Assembly: GCA_000996205.1 (NCBI GenBank)
Contig: LBYO01000005.1
Span: 1,728 to 65,727, forward strand
Source: Parcubacteria group bacterium GW2011_GWA1_40_21
GTDB taxonomy: Bacteria; Patescibacteriota; Minisyncoccia; Phycocordibacterales; GWA1-40-21
Length of the DNA stretch: 64,000 nucleotides
Reading direction: 5' to 3'
The notes below the pieces were generated by a model. That model saw only the letters and a list, made by a program, of their open reading frames with translations. It was not told where the DNA came from and ran no database searches. Positions 9,821-18,532 of the stretch are shown in pieces; within the stretch, counting starts at the first letter, position 1, and the number at the start of each line of letters is the position of its first letter. The position numbers were made by a program, and so were the translations under genes.

Positions 9821-9851
9821 ATTATAATACTTTGGACATCCGATGTCCAAA
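9821..9851 (-). promoter_or_regulatory. RAYT promoter overlapping REP copy (9831-9851)
   Basis: Minus strand TGGACA(9849-9844)-17 bp-TATAAT(9826-9821); REP TTTGGACATCCGATGTCCAAA. Confidence 0.6.
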
Positions 9852-9891
9852 TATTTTGTTTAAAAAGATAATTTTGTGATAACATTGTGGA

Positions 9892-10698
9892 ATGTCGCAA
9901 TATTACAATTCAAAGAGGACCAGAAATCTATTCAGTCCGGAATCACAAGAGCCGTTCAAATTGAGTCGTTCAAAGATTGACCTTTTTATTGAGTGTCCGA
10001 GATGTTTTTATCTGGACCGGCGGCTTGGGGTGGGAAGGCCTCCCGGCTTTCCTTTCACTTTAAACAGCGCGGTGGACTTTTTGCTAAAGAAAGAATTTGA
10101 CATTCACAGAAAACATAAAACTACCCATCCTTTAATGGAAAAATACGGAATAGATGCTGTCCCAATCCAGCATCATGATATGGAAATGTGGAGAGATAAT
10201 TTTGTCGGCATTCAACATCTTCATAAGCCGAGTAATTTTATAATTACTGGCGCGATTGACGATCTTTGGGTGAATAAAAAAGGCGAAGTTATTATCGTTG
10301 ATTACAAAGCGACGAGCAAAGACGAAGAGGTTAATCTTGATGCCGAGTGGCAAGACGGTTATAAGCGGCAGATGGAAGTCTATCAATGGCTTTTCAAGCA
10401 AAACGGATTCACGGTTTCTCCGACGGGATATTTCGTTTACGCCAACGGGCGAAAAGACAAAGAAGCCTTTGATGGAAAACTTGAATTTGAAGTGAGTATA
10501 ATAGCTTATAAAGGGAAAACTGATTGGGTGGAAGGCGTGCTTATTGACGCCCAAAAAACCTTGACCGGCGATTCAATTCCTAAAATAGGAGAGAGGTGTG
10601 ATTATTGCCCTTATCGCAACTCGGCGGGGGAGGCGCTCGCAAAAATAGTAAAAGGAGCAAAAGCGAATTTGAAAACCGAGCCGACATTGTTTAGTTGA
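9892..10698 (+). CDS. PD-(D/E)XK nuclease, Cas4/AddB-like with Cys motifs
   Basis: LSRSKIDLFIECPRCF, GAIDDL, IVDYK, QMEVY, CDYCPYR. Confidence 0.85.
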   Translation: MSQYYNSKRTRNLFSPESQEPFKLSRSKIDLFIECPRCFYLDRRLGVGRPPGFPFTLNSAVDFLLKKEFDIHRKHKTTHPLMEKYGIDAVPIQHHDMEMWRDNFVGIQHLHKPSNFIITGAIDDLWVNKKGEVIIVDYKATSKDEEVNLDAEWQDGYKRQMEVYQWLFKQNGFTVSPTGYFVYANGRKDKEAFDGKLEFEVSIIAYKGKTDWVEGVLIDAQKTLTGDSIPKIGERCDYCPYRNSAGEALAKIVKGAKANLKTEPTLFS

Positions 10699-10707
10699 TT
10701 GAATTTT

Positions 10708-11325
10708 ATGAATGAGAATAACGAAATTCTGATTTCACATTTGAAAGAAAAAGAATTATTGAATTCTAAAGAATTAGAAAGCGCTTTTCGGATAATTGAC
10801 CGCGCTGATTTTGTGACGGAAGATCACAAAGTAGAAGCTTATGAAGATTATCCTCTTCTCATCGGCTTCGGACAGACGATTTCCCAGCCGACAACGGTGG
10901 CTTTTATGCTTGAGCTTTTGGATTTGGAGAAAGGAGACAAAGCGCTTGATGTTGGTTCCGGTTCCGGATGGACGACCGCCTTAATCGCTGAAATAGTGAA
11001 GCCTCAAGGCAAGGTTTGGGGAGTGGAAATCATACCAGAACTGGTTGAGTTTGGCAGGAAAAATTTGGCAAAACATAAATTGCCGAATGCAGAAATTATT
11101 CAAGCTGGAAAACAGATGGGACTCTCGGAACACGCGCCCTATGATAAAATTCTGGTTTCCGCCGAGGCGGAAGACTTGCCTGATGAGTTGATTAGCCAGC
11201 TCAAAGAAGGCGGCATCATGGTCATACCCATAAGAAATACATTATACAAACTTGAAAAACTTGCAGGAAGCAAGATAAAAGAAACCGCTTTCCCCGGATT
11301 TGTTTTTGTTCCGCTGGTCGGGTAA
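10708..11325 (+). CDS. pcm: Protein-L-isoaspartate O-methyltransferase
   Basis: GQTISQP, LDVGSGSGW, APYDKILV, FVFVPL. Confidence 0.93.
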   Translation: MNENNEILISHLKEKELLNSKELESAFRIIDRADFVTEDHKVEAYEDYPLLIGFGQTISQPTTVAFMLELLDLEKGDKALDVGSGSGWTTALIAEIVKPQGKVWGVEIIPELVEFGRKNLAKHKLPNAEIIQAGKQMGLSEHAPYDKILVSAEAEDLPDELISQLKEGGIMVIPIRNTLYKLEKLAGSKIKETAFPGFVFVPLVG

Positions 11326-11383
11326 TATTTATAAAATTCTAAGTGCGAACTAAAAAGCTAACAGCTTATAGATTTTAAAAAAC

Positions 11384-11713
11384 ATGACATTTGAAGAATA
11401 TCAAAAAGAATCAAGAAAAACGGCTTTGTATCCGAACAAAGATAATAATTTCATTTATCCCGTCTTGGGGCTCTGCGGCGAGTCGGGAGAAATAGCCGAG
11501 AAAATCAAGAAAGTGATTCGCGATGAAGCGGGTGTTGTGAGCGAACAGAAAAAAGAAGAAATTAAGAAAGAGCTGGGCGATGTGCTTTGGTATATAAGCC
11601 AAATTGCGACAGAGTTGGGTCTTTCTCTTGACGCCGTGGTCAAGCTGAACATAGAAAAACTGCGATCTCGTCTGGAAAGAAACAAAATTTTCGGAAGTGG
11701 CGACAACCGATAA
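11384..11713 (+). CDS. MazG-like nucleotide pyrophosphohydrolase
   Basis: LGLCGESGEIAEKIKK, KELGDVLWY, GSGDNR. Confidence 0.9.
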   Translation: MTFEEYQKESRKTALYPNKDNNFIYPVLGLCGESGEIAEKIKKVIRDEAGVVSEQKKEEIKKELGDVLWYISQIATELGLSLDAVVKLNIEKLRSRLERNKIFGSGDNR

Positions 11714-11756
11714 CTTGCTTTTTGGAGCGGATATTAGAATTTATATCCCTAATACG

Positions 11757-11795
11757 AAAGGCCTTAATTAGCTCCGTGTTAATTAAGGCCTTTTT
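11757..11795. terminator. Bidirectional terminator
   Basis: AAAGGCCTTAATTA..TAATTAAGGCCTTTTT. Confidence 0.7.
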
Positions 11796-11801
11796 ACTTA
11801 C

Positions 11802-12257
11802 TTACGGGCGACTCATCAGGGATGATTTATGAACCTTTCTTAGAGCAAGGTCTCCCAGAAAATCAAAGAGTTTTTCTATTTTATCAAGCGATGTCTTATC
11901 CGGCTGTTTTCCTTGCGCCATCGTTTCAAAGCAGGTGATGAAACTTTTGACTTCCTTAATATATTCTTCATCATTTTTAGAGAAAGGTAAACCAGATTTA
12001 ATCCAACCCTCAACAAACATTTTCCCGTTTGTTAGATTTTTTATACAAGCGCCAAGAAGAACTTTTTCGCCTTTCCTTACTTTTTTTTCTGCTTCTAAAA
12101 CAGATTCCAAAAAAACTATAACTGATTTTTTAATATATAATATATCTTCATCAGTTGAGTGGCCTTTTTTGAATTCTGTGATTAAAGATCCAACTTCGTT
12201 GGATAAATTTCCAACAGGATACCATTCCTGCCTATCTGACTCAGATAATATATCCAT
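11802..12257 (-). CDS. Hypothetical protein
   Basis: Open frame; likely start MDILSESD at 12257 (track start 12341 less likely). Confidence 0.6.
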   Translation of the reverse strand: MDILSESDRQEWYPVGNLSNEVGSLITEFKKGHSTDEDILYIKKSVIVFLESVLEAEKKVRKGEKVLLGACIKNLTNGKMFVEGWIKSGLPFSKNDEEYIKEVKSFITCFETMAQGKQPDKTSLDKIEKLFDFLGDLALRKVHKSSLMSRP

Positions 12258-12374
12258 ATAATCTCTCTTATAAAATTGTTCTAAAAAATAAAGATTCTTT
12301 CTATTAAAAAGATAACACAAGGATATAAATTTGCAAAACATTGTGTGAGCATATCTTCTTTTTTATTGTTGGAG

Positions 12375-12555
12375 CGAGCATTCTGTTTTTAAAAGCCTTG
12401 CGCAGGAAATTATCCAGCACTTATTTTAGATTTTCAAAATAAGTGCTGGTTTGATTGACGAGCAGAGAAATCCCTCCTCAGTTTTAATCTTAGAAATTTC
12501 TATTTTCCAAAACTGGGGAGGGATATTCGTGCTTTTAAAAATAGAATGCGAGCGT
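12375..12555. repeat. Composite palindromic element with two nested hairpins (12414-12449, 12472-12522)
   Basis: Outer GCATTCTGTTTTTAAAAGC/GCTTTTAAAAATAGAATGC; inner CCAGCACTTATTTT..AAAATAAGTGCTGG and CCCTCCTCAGTTTT..AAAACTGGGGAGGG. Confidence 0.75.
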
Positions 12556-12630
12556 GTTTAGTGTCGGCGGAGCTGATATCATAACTAAAAAAGAAACCCT
12601 GATGCCCCGCACTCTGGCGCGGGGATTTCT

Positions 12631-14418
12631 TTATCTTCTCCCCGCTTTTGATCTGTCGGTTTTTGTAAGGAGTTTTTTTCGCAGTCTTACGCTTTTAGGA
12701 GTAATTTCCAGATAATCGTCGTCCGTCATTATTTCCAAACCTCGTTCTATATCAACTTCAAGGGCGGGCACAAGCCTTATGGCTTCGTCGGAGCCGGAGG
12801 CTCGCATATTGGTCAGCTGTTTTCCTTTCGTTGGATTGACATCAAGGTCATCGCCTTTTGTCACATTTCCAATTACCATTCCTTCATAGACTTCAACTCC
12901 CGGGGCTATGTATAAGACCCCGCGTTCTTGCAGATTCCAAAGCGCGAAAGCCAGAGCTTTGCCGGGCATCATTGAAACCATTGAACCGTATTCTTGTTTT
13001 TTAATCTCACCGGCGTATTTTTTAAATCCGATGACTCGGCTGCATAATATGCCTTCACCTCTAGTGTCAATTATAAACTGTCCGCGGTACCCCAGAAGTC
13101 CTCTCGTCGGAATTTCAAACAGCAAGCGGACATTGCCGTCTTTCTGCTTCATATCCGTCATTATTCCTCTTCGCTTGTTTATTTTTTCAATGACAGTTCC
13201 CGATACTTCTTCCGGAACATCAATAGTCAGTTCTTCAAATGGCTCCACTTTCTCGCCATCAATTTCTTTAATGATTACTTGCGGTTGCGACACTTGAAGC
13301 TCGTATCCTTCGCGCCGCATATTCTCAAGGAGTATGGCAATATGAAGCTCGCCTCGGCCATAAACCTTAAGCGTATCGCCTGAATCAAAATCCACTTTTA
13401 GTCCCACATTTATCTCCACTTCCTTTTCAAGGCGTTCTCTGATTTGCCGTCCTGTGACAAATTTGCCTTCCTTTCCGGCGAAAGGGGAGTCATTGACCAG
13501 AAAATTGACAGATATCGTCGGCTCATCTATTTTTATTTCGGCTAACGGCTCCTGATTCTCATTTTGCATAATAGTTTCCCCTATATATATGTCGGTCAAG
13601 CCGGCGAGCATAACAATGTCTCCGCTTTCGGCCTCGGCGACTTCTTTTCTCTGCAATCCTTCAAAGGTGAAAAGTTTGGTGATTTTACCCTGTCTTGTTT
13701 CTCCATTAGGCTTTTTTACAAATACAGAACCCCCCGATTTGATTATTCCTTCGTAAACTCTGGCGATAGCCAATCTGCCAAGGAAATTATCATATCCCAA
13801 ATTAAATGGCTGGGCGCGGAAGGGAAGGTCAGTCCCTTTTGAAGCTGGAGGTACTTTTTCAACTATCATATCTAGAAGAGGAGTCAGATCTTTTGATTCA
13901 TCAGTCAAACTGCGCTTGGCAATTCCTTGTCTTCCGATGGCGTAAATCACAGGGAAATTCAATTGCTCGTCATTCGCGCCGAGCTCCATAAACAATTCAA
14001 GCACAAGATCGTGAACTTCAGCCGGTCTTGCTGCTGATTTGTCAATTTTGTTTATTATAACAATAGGTTTCAAACCTAGCTCCAAAGATTTTTTGAGCAC
14101 GAATCTTGTCTGGGGCATCGGACCTTCCTGCGCGTCAACGACAAGAAGCACAGTGTCAATTGAGCGAAGCACTCGCTCCACTTCCGAGCCGAAATCGGCG
14201 TGTCCGGGCGTGTCTACGATGTTGATTTTCCCGCCTTTATAATAGATAGAAGTGTTTTTGGCATAAATAGTGATGCCGCGCTCTTTTTCCAGCGCGTTTG
14301 AATCCATACTGAATCCCTCAGCAAGACTCCCCCCGCCGTTCTGCTTCATCAGAGCGTCAGTAAGCGTCGTTTTCCCATGATCCACATGGGCGATAATGGC
14401 TATATTTCTAATTTCCAT
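12631..14418 (-). CDS. typA: Translational GTPase TypA/BipA
   Basis: [50 protein letters not shown]. Confidence 0.97.
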   Translation of the reverse strand: MEIRNIAIIAHVDHGKTTLTDALMKQNGGGSLAEGFSMDSNALEKERGITIYAKNTSIYYKGGKINIVDTPGHADFGSEVERVLRSIDTVLLVVDAQEGPMPQTRFVLKKSLELGLKPIVIINKIDKSAARPAEVHDLVLELFMELGANDEQLNFPVIYAIGRQGIAKRSLTDESKDLTPLLDMIVEKVPPASKGTDLPFRAQPFNLGYDNFLGRLAIARVYEGIIKSGGSVFVKKPNGETRQGKITKLFTFEGLQRKEVAEAESGDIVMLAGLTDIYIGETIMQNENQEPLAEIKIDEPTISVNFLVNDSPFAGKEGKFVTGRQIRERLEKEVEINVGLKVDFDSGDTLKVYGRGELHIAILLENMRREGYELQVSQPQVIIKEIDGEKVEPFEELTIDVPEEVSGTVIEKINKRRGIMTDMKQKDGNVRLLFEIPTRGLLGYRGQFIIDTRGEGILCSRVIGFKKYAGEIKKQEYGSMVSMMPGKALAFALWNLQERGVLYIAPGVEVYEGMVIGNVTKGDDLDVNPTKGKQLTNMRASGSDEAIRLVPALEVDIERGLEIMTDDDYLEITPKSVRLRKKLLTKTDRSKAGRR

Positions 14419-14475
14419 AATATTTTGAATAAGTCCGCATTGTAATAGAAAAATTTAATTTTGTCAAAATTTCGT

Positions 14476-14662
14476 TAGTTATAAAGTCCATCAAGTTTAT
14501 AAAGTTATAAAGCAAGAGATGATGAAAACCACATTTTGGACATCGGATGTCCAAAATGTCCAAAATAATCTTGATTGCCTGCTCATCTTTACTTTATAAA
14601 CTTGCTTGCCCTGCTGTAGCTTCTAGCGAAGGTTGAGATAACTATTAAGAACTTTACGAACT
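14476..14662. repeat. AAAGTTTAT/ATAAACTTT inverted arrays enclosing a RAYT REP (14531-14559)
   Basis: Arms AAAGTCCATCAAGTTTATAAAGTTATAAAG / ACTTTATAAACTT; internal ACATTTTGGACATCGGATGTCCAAAATGT. Confidence 0.7.
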
Positions 14663-14775
14663 CATTTCGGTTGCAACGGACGATTCCGTATGCTACTAAT
14701 TTAAATAGTTCGTTCTCTTATTTAAGAGATTACTGAGTATCTTTGACATTTTTTAATAGAGAAAGGTGGTAGATT

Positions 14776-15504
14776 ATGGGCGAGATCAATGTCGGAAGGG
14801 TCAATTGGACGGTAATATCACTTGGCGGTTCGCTGATTGTTCCGAATGAAATAAACACAAATTTTATTTATCAGTTTAAGGAAGTTACTGTGAAGCAAAT
14901 GAATCTGGGCAAGCGGTTTATTATTGTTTGCGGGGGAGGTCGGGTTGCCAGGGATTATCAGAATGCGTATAAAATAATTGCTCCTGTTGCGGACAGTAAT
15001 ATTCTTGACTGGGTAGGGATAAACGCCACCAAACTGAACGCTCAATTCATGGTGGGTGTTTTTGGAGATTTAGCGGACCAAAGAATCATAGATAATCCGA
15101 ACAAAAAAATTAAGACGAAAAATCCGGTTGTTTTTGCCGGCGGATGGAAACCTGGATGGAGTACTGATTATGTCGCTATTCTTTTTGCCAATAATATCGG
15201 CGCGCAAAGAATAATAAACTTGACCAATGTGGACGGTGTCTATGATGTTGGCGAAGACGGTGAGAGAAAAGAATTACTTCACTGTATTACATGGGATCAT
15301 TATATGGCGATGATTCCTAAAAAGTGGACACCCGGGCTCTCTGCGCCATTTGACCCCATAGCTTCAAAAGAGGCGCAGAGAAAAGGCATTGAGGTCGCGG
15401 TGATCGGACAGAATTTAAGAAACTTTGAGCTCTGTCTTGATGGCGAGCGTTTTAAGGGAACGATAATTGTAGGAAATTCCCCCAATTTGTATCCGTATGT
15501 TTAG
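14776..15504 (+). CDS. pyrH: UMP kinase, archaeal-type
   Basis: VISLGGSLIVP, VCGGGRVARDYQ, PGWSTDYVA, NLTNVDGVY, PFDPIAS. Confidence 0.9.
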   Translation: MGEINVGRVNWTVISLGGSLIVPNEINTNFIYQFKEVTVKQMNLGKRFIIVCGGGRVARDYQNAYKIIAPVADSNILDWVGINATKLNAQFMVGVFGDLADQRIIDNPNKKIKTKNPVVFAGGWKPGWSTDYVAILFANNIGAQRIINLTNVDGVYDVGEDGERKELLHCITWDHYMAMIPKKWTPGLSAPFDPIASKEAQRKGIEVAVIGQNLRNFELCLDGERFKGTIIVGNSPNLYPYV

Positions 15505-15664
15505 AATTTCAAAAAGAGAAGGTTGCGCAGGACAGAAGACACATTTTTATATGAATAAAGGTCAGTGAGTGAAAGAAATTAAAAAAGGGCAGGCGAACTG
15601 TTAAAATCGCCTGTCCTAATTTTTTTGGCATTAAATCTGTGGGTATCAGATACCCACAGATTTT

Positions 15665-16231
15665 TTAATGCGCGTTCGGCTGTTCTCCTTCCAAGACGAA
15701 TACTGCTGAAGCAAGAACAGTTGTCCACAAGCCCTCTTTGTGTCCTTGAGCGGTTTGGGTGATGTTGGAAGTGGTGATGAATTTACCGCTGGCTTTGTAT
15801 TGCTTTTCCCTCTCGTCCCAATCTTTATTGGAGTCAAACTCTATACCCAGAGTTGACGCCAGCATTGTCGCCGCCAGGTCTTCGGCGTAATCGCCGGCTC
15901 TTTCCTCGGTATCGCCGAAAGAGTGATGTTCGCTCAAATATCCGTACTGGTTGCTGTCTTTTGGAATTGCCAATCCCACGGACGCGGCGATAAGCCTGTT
16001 CGGCTCATTAGTCGCGTTTCTGCTCATTACGCAGAATCTTATTGATCCCGCCTTCATATATTTGACCCCTTCTTCCTTGGATATTCTTTTAGCTCCGGGA
16101 GGAAAAATACTTGAAACCGTCACTAAATTTTGAGTTTCTATTCCAGCGTCACGGAGCGCCAACTCAAAAGATTGGAGGTAGTCTTTATGCCGACCTACTC
16201 CTTTCGTGAAAAAAACTTTTTGAGGAACCAT
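15665..16231 (-). CDS. pdaD: Pyruvoyl-dependent arginine decarboxylase
   Basis: [22 protein letters not shown] (SS cleavage site), YGYLSEHH. Confidence 0.9.
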   Translation of the reverse strand: MVPQKVFFTKGVGRHKDYLQSFELALRDAGIETQNLVTVSSIFPPGAKRISKEEGVKYMKAGSIRFCVMSRNATNEPNRLIAASVGLAIPKDSNQYGYLSEHHSFGDTEERAGDYAEDLAATMLASTLGIEFDSNKDWDEREKQYKASGKFITTSNITQTAQGHKEGLWTTVLASAVFVLEGEQPNAH

Positions 16232-16427
16232 ATGTGATGAAATTTCTAAATCCTAATTTCTAAAAATCGGAAATTATTTTAGAATAAATATTATTTTAAT
16301 AAATTTTAGATTGACCTCGCGGTCTCACTGCGGAAATAATATCAACGATTGTTTTAAAATGCAAAATTATCAGCTTGCGTTGAGTATCAAATTTTTGGGA
16401 TAATAGAAAAGATATATTCTTCTTCTT

Positions 16428-17720
16428 ATGTCGTTGAAACAAGTTAATTCAAAAATTTCCGCGCGCATGTTAAAAAAAAAGAGATTTTTATTTTTCCCTT
16501 TAGAAATAGGACTGGCTCATATCACCAGGTCCATTGCGATTGCGGAAAAAATGATAACGGACGGACACGATGCTTATGTCGTGGTGCCGGGTAAAAAAAT
16601 AGAGCTTTTTAAAGATACCATCGTCACCTTAATTCCCACAGAAATATATGACAATTCAGAAGATTCACATCCCTTGCATAAATTTAGAGATGTTGAGTAT
16701 CTCTATCATATTTCTAAAAAAGAACAGGAAATCATCGAGAAAATTGCGCCGGATTGTGTTGTTGTGGACTATCGATTATCCGCGCTTATTGCCTGTATGA
16801 TGTGCGGCAAAAAAACGGTTTTTATTTCCGACGGAGGCTGGGGTCCCCATGACTTCGCGATGCCTAATCCGGGAATAGAAAAAACAATTTTTAGAACTTT
16901 TGGCTTTGCTGCAGACTTCCTTTTTAAATACTTGAAGGGCAAGTTTATAAAATCATTATTTATTGCGGCAAAAAAAAGAGGTTTCATCGGTTATAAAAAA
17001 GATATTATTCATTCTATTTTGTATATCGCTCCGGAATTTACAAATTATTTGCCGGCTAAAAAATCTTTACCCAAAATTGAATGCGTCGGCCCGATTTTTT
17101 GGAGCGGGTTTGAGCGTTTTGGCGATCAAAGCGTCAAAAACCTAAAACCTGACGGAAAAACGGTATATCTGACATTCGGCGGGACCGGTTTTGACGGTGA
17201 AAAGTTAATTTCTCTTAGTGACGCCATAGCAAAAAAGGGTTACCGTGTTTTAGTGTCATCAAGTATAATCGCGGATGTAAAAAATTTTCCGAAGCACGAT
17301 AAATTATTGCCTTTCAAATTTGTTGACGGGAAGAAAGCTTCCGAAATAGCCGATCTCATAGTTTGCCACGGAGGGTACGGCACAATGATGCAAGCAATGC
17401 TAGCCGGCAAACCGGTAGTGGCAATCCCGTATAATTTCAGTCAACTTATCCACTCTTTAAGATTTCAAGAGCTGGGGCTGGGCAAGTGCGTGTCAAAAAA
17501 AAGCATACGGAATATTGTTTATTTGATTGCCAATATGTGGGAAAGGTTTGAGAGAAATGCAAGAAAAGTTCAAACTCAAGATATTTTAAATGACATAGAA
17601 GAAGTTATGCAAAATTATGAAAAATACAAAAAAAGAATTGAAAAATTTATTGCTAATGATAAATACTGCAATGGAAGTTCCGCGGCGGCGGATTTAATTT
17701 ACGATTTTTTGTCAAAATAG
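16428..17720 (+). CDS. GT-B glycosyltransferase (GT1/GT28-like)
   Basis: GLAHITRSIAIA, VYLTFGGTG, VCHGGYGT..AGKPVVAIP. Confidence 0.85.
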   Translation: MSLKQVNSKISARMLKKKRFLFFPLEIGLAHITRSIAIAEKMITDGHDAYVVVPGKKIELFKDTIVTLIPTEIYDNSEDSHPLHKFRDVEYLYHISKKEQEIIEKIAPDCVVVDYRLSALIACMMCGKKTVFISDGGWGPHDFAMPNPGIEKTIFRTFGFAADFLFKYLKGKFIKSLFIAAKKRGFIGYKKDIIHSILYIAPEFTNYLPAKKSLPKIECVGPIFWSGFERFGDQSVKNLKPDGKTVYLTFGGTGFDGEKLISLSDAIAKKGYRVLVSSSIIADVKNFPKHDKLLPFKFVDGKKASEIADLIVCHGGYGTMMQAMLAGKPVVAIPYNFSQLIHSLRFQELGLGKCVSKKSIRNIVYLIANMWERFERNARKVQTQDILNDIEEVMQNYEKYKKRIEKFIANDKYCNGSSAAADLIYDFLSK

Positions 17721-17771
17721 CCGCTATTAAATTTTTAATCTTGTGATAACATATAAAAATCATAAAAAATA

Positions 17772-18290
17772 TTGAAACCCGAAATGAATTTTTTGAAATT
17801 TTCATTCCTACTCATTTTTATTTCTCTATTAGTTGGTCTTACGCCGACTTTTTTTAAGTTTGCGTTTAACTTGGACAGTATTCAGCCAGCCGAGGCGGTC
17901 TCTTTTAAGACGACAAAAGATACTGGTAAAATTAAATCAATAATTGTCGGAAAGTCTAAAATACCTGTTTATTTGGCGGACACTGAAGAGAAAAGAATAA
18001 AAGGGCTGGGAGGACGGACATCAATTCCTCGCAATTACGGTATGTTTTTTATCTTTGACTATGTCGACTATCAAAATATTTGGATGAAAGATATGCTTTT
18101 CCCGATAGACATAATCTGGATTGATGGAAACAGCAAAATCGTGCACATAGAAAAAAATGTTTCGCCCGATACTTATCCGAAAATTTTCACCGCGCCCGTT
18201 AAAGCGCGCTATGTTTTGGAATTGAACGCCGGAATGTCCGAACTCTATGATTTAAAGATAGGCAAAAAAATTATTTTCGGGTCAAAGTAA
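17772..18290 (+). CDS. DUF192 family protein
   Basis: LADTEEKRIKGL, GMFFIF, WMKDMLFPIDIIWID, YVLELNAG. Confidence 0.9.
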   Translation: MKPEMNFLKFSFLLIFISLLVGLTPTFFKFAFNLDSIQPAEAVSFKTTKDTGKIKSIIVGKSKIPVYLADTEEKRIKGLGGRTSIPRNYGMFFIFDYVDYQNIWMKDMLFPIDIIWIDGNSKIVHIEKNVSPDTYPKIFTAPVKARYVLELNAGMSELYDLKIGKKIIFGSK

Positions 18291-18532
18291 TCTTTTCCAC
18301 AGCTTTATTTCATTTTTTAACAAATTCTAGAACAATATTTGTCCTTTAATTTTTTTTCTTAAAAAAAGTCTTTGCTTCCATTATTTTACAACGGATTTTT
18401 TCATAGAGACTTTACATAAGATATTTTTTAAGCTCAAGTGATACTTTTTACTTGTTTTACACTTCTTTTGTTCTTCTCTTTAAGGTAAAATTAATTGAAA
18501 TATTTTTTATTAGCTGATATTTTTTTAAAATT

